15,126 nucleotides of DNA. Origin: an archaeon (GTDB taxonomy: Archaea > Iainarchaeota > Iainarchaeia > Iainarchaeales > JAAZKV01). The position numbers and the translations under genes were made by a program. This document shows positions 15,082 through 15,126 of this stretch, piece after piece; within the stretch, counting starts at the first letter, position 1, and the number at the start of each line of letters is the position of its first letter. The notes beneath the pieces are model-generated. The model saw nothing but the letters and a program-made list of their open reading frames with translations, had not been told where the DNA came from and made no database searches. Location of the stretch: positions 1 to 15,126 of the forward strand of contig JAVHOV010000015.1 in NCBI GenBank assembly GCA_036170245.1, in the 5' to 3' direction.

Positions 15082-15126
15082 GTCGAGCGGGAAATCTGCA
15101 TCTTTTAAGATGCGGATGAAAGCGAG
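15082..15126 (+). mobile_element. Probable end of an IS200/IS605-family element or derived MITE, truncated by the window edge
   Basis: Abrupt GC rise at GTCGAGCGGG. Subterminal hairpin ATCTGCATCT-TTTA-AGATGCGGAT (15094-15117, one G:T pair) followed by GAAAGCGAG. No transposase lies within the window. Confidence 0.5.

Noticed and set aside
1..15126. CRISPR array, rRNA, or integrase with a tRNA-linked att duplication
   Set aside because: No regularly spaced repeats, no rRNA-like segment, no integrase ORF, and I saw no second copy of the tRNA 3' end in the window.

Overview
Low-GC archaeal chromosomal segment. A group II chaperonin, TATA-like promoters, GAGGTG/AGGGG ribosome-binding sites and the gene mix point to a DPANN archaeon, possibly Diapherotrites/Iainarchaeota (inference). 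Minus strand: a type I-beta DAHP synthase and a coupled three-gene type IV pilus/Tad-like operon (VirB11/CpaF/FlaI-type ATPase plus two GspF/TadBC platform proteins). Divergent on the plus strand: a degenerate RecA/KaiC-fold protein, two membrane proteins, and a tandem (doublet) histone-fold protein with an acidic N-terminal tail. These are followed by a convergent atypical Ser/Thr kinase-like gene, the thermosome, a bacterial-type guanylate kinase, a tRNA with the rare Ile anticodon UAU, and a type 2 isoleucyl-tRNA synthetase. The window ends in a hairpin resembling an IS200/IS605 end. The two strongest leads are (1) the tRNA-Ile(UAU)-ileS module, a candidate agmatidine/TiaS-independent route for decoding AUA, with a 20-codon AUA-containing micro-ORF upstream, and (2) the doublet histone with coiled-coil extensions and a remodelled L2 loop. 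All calls come from motif reading by eye; no database searches were run.
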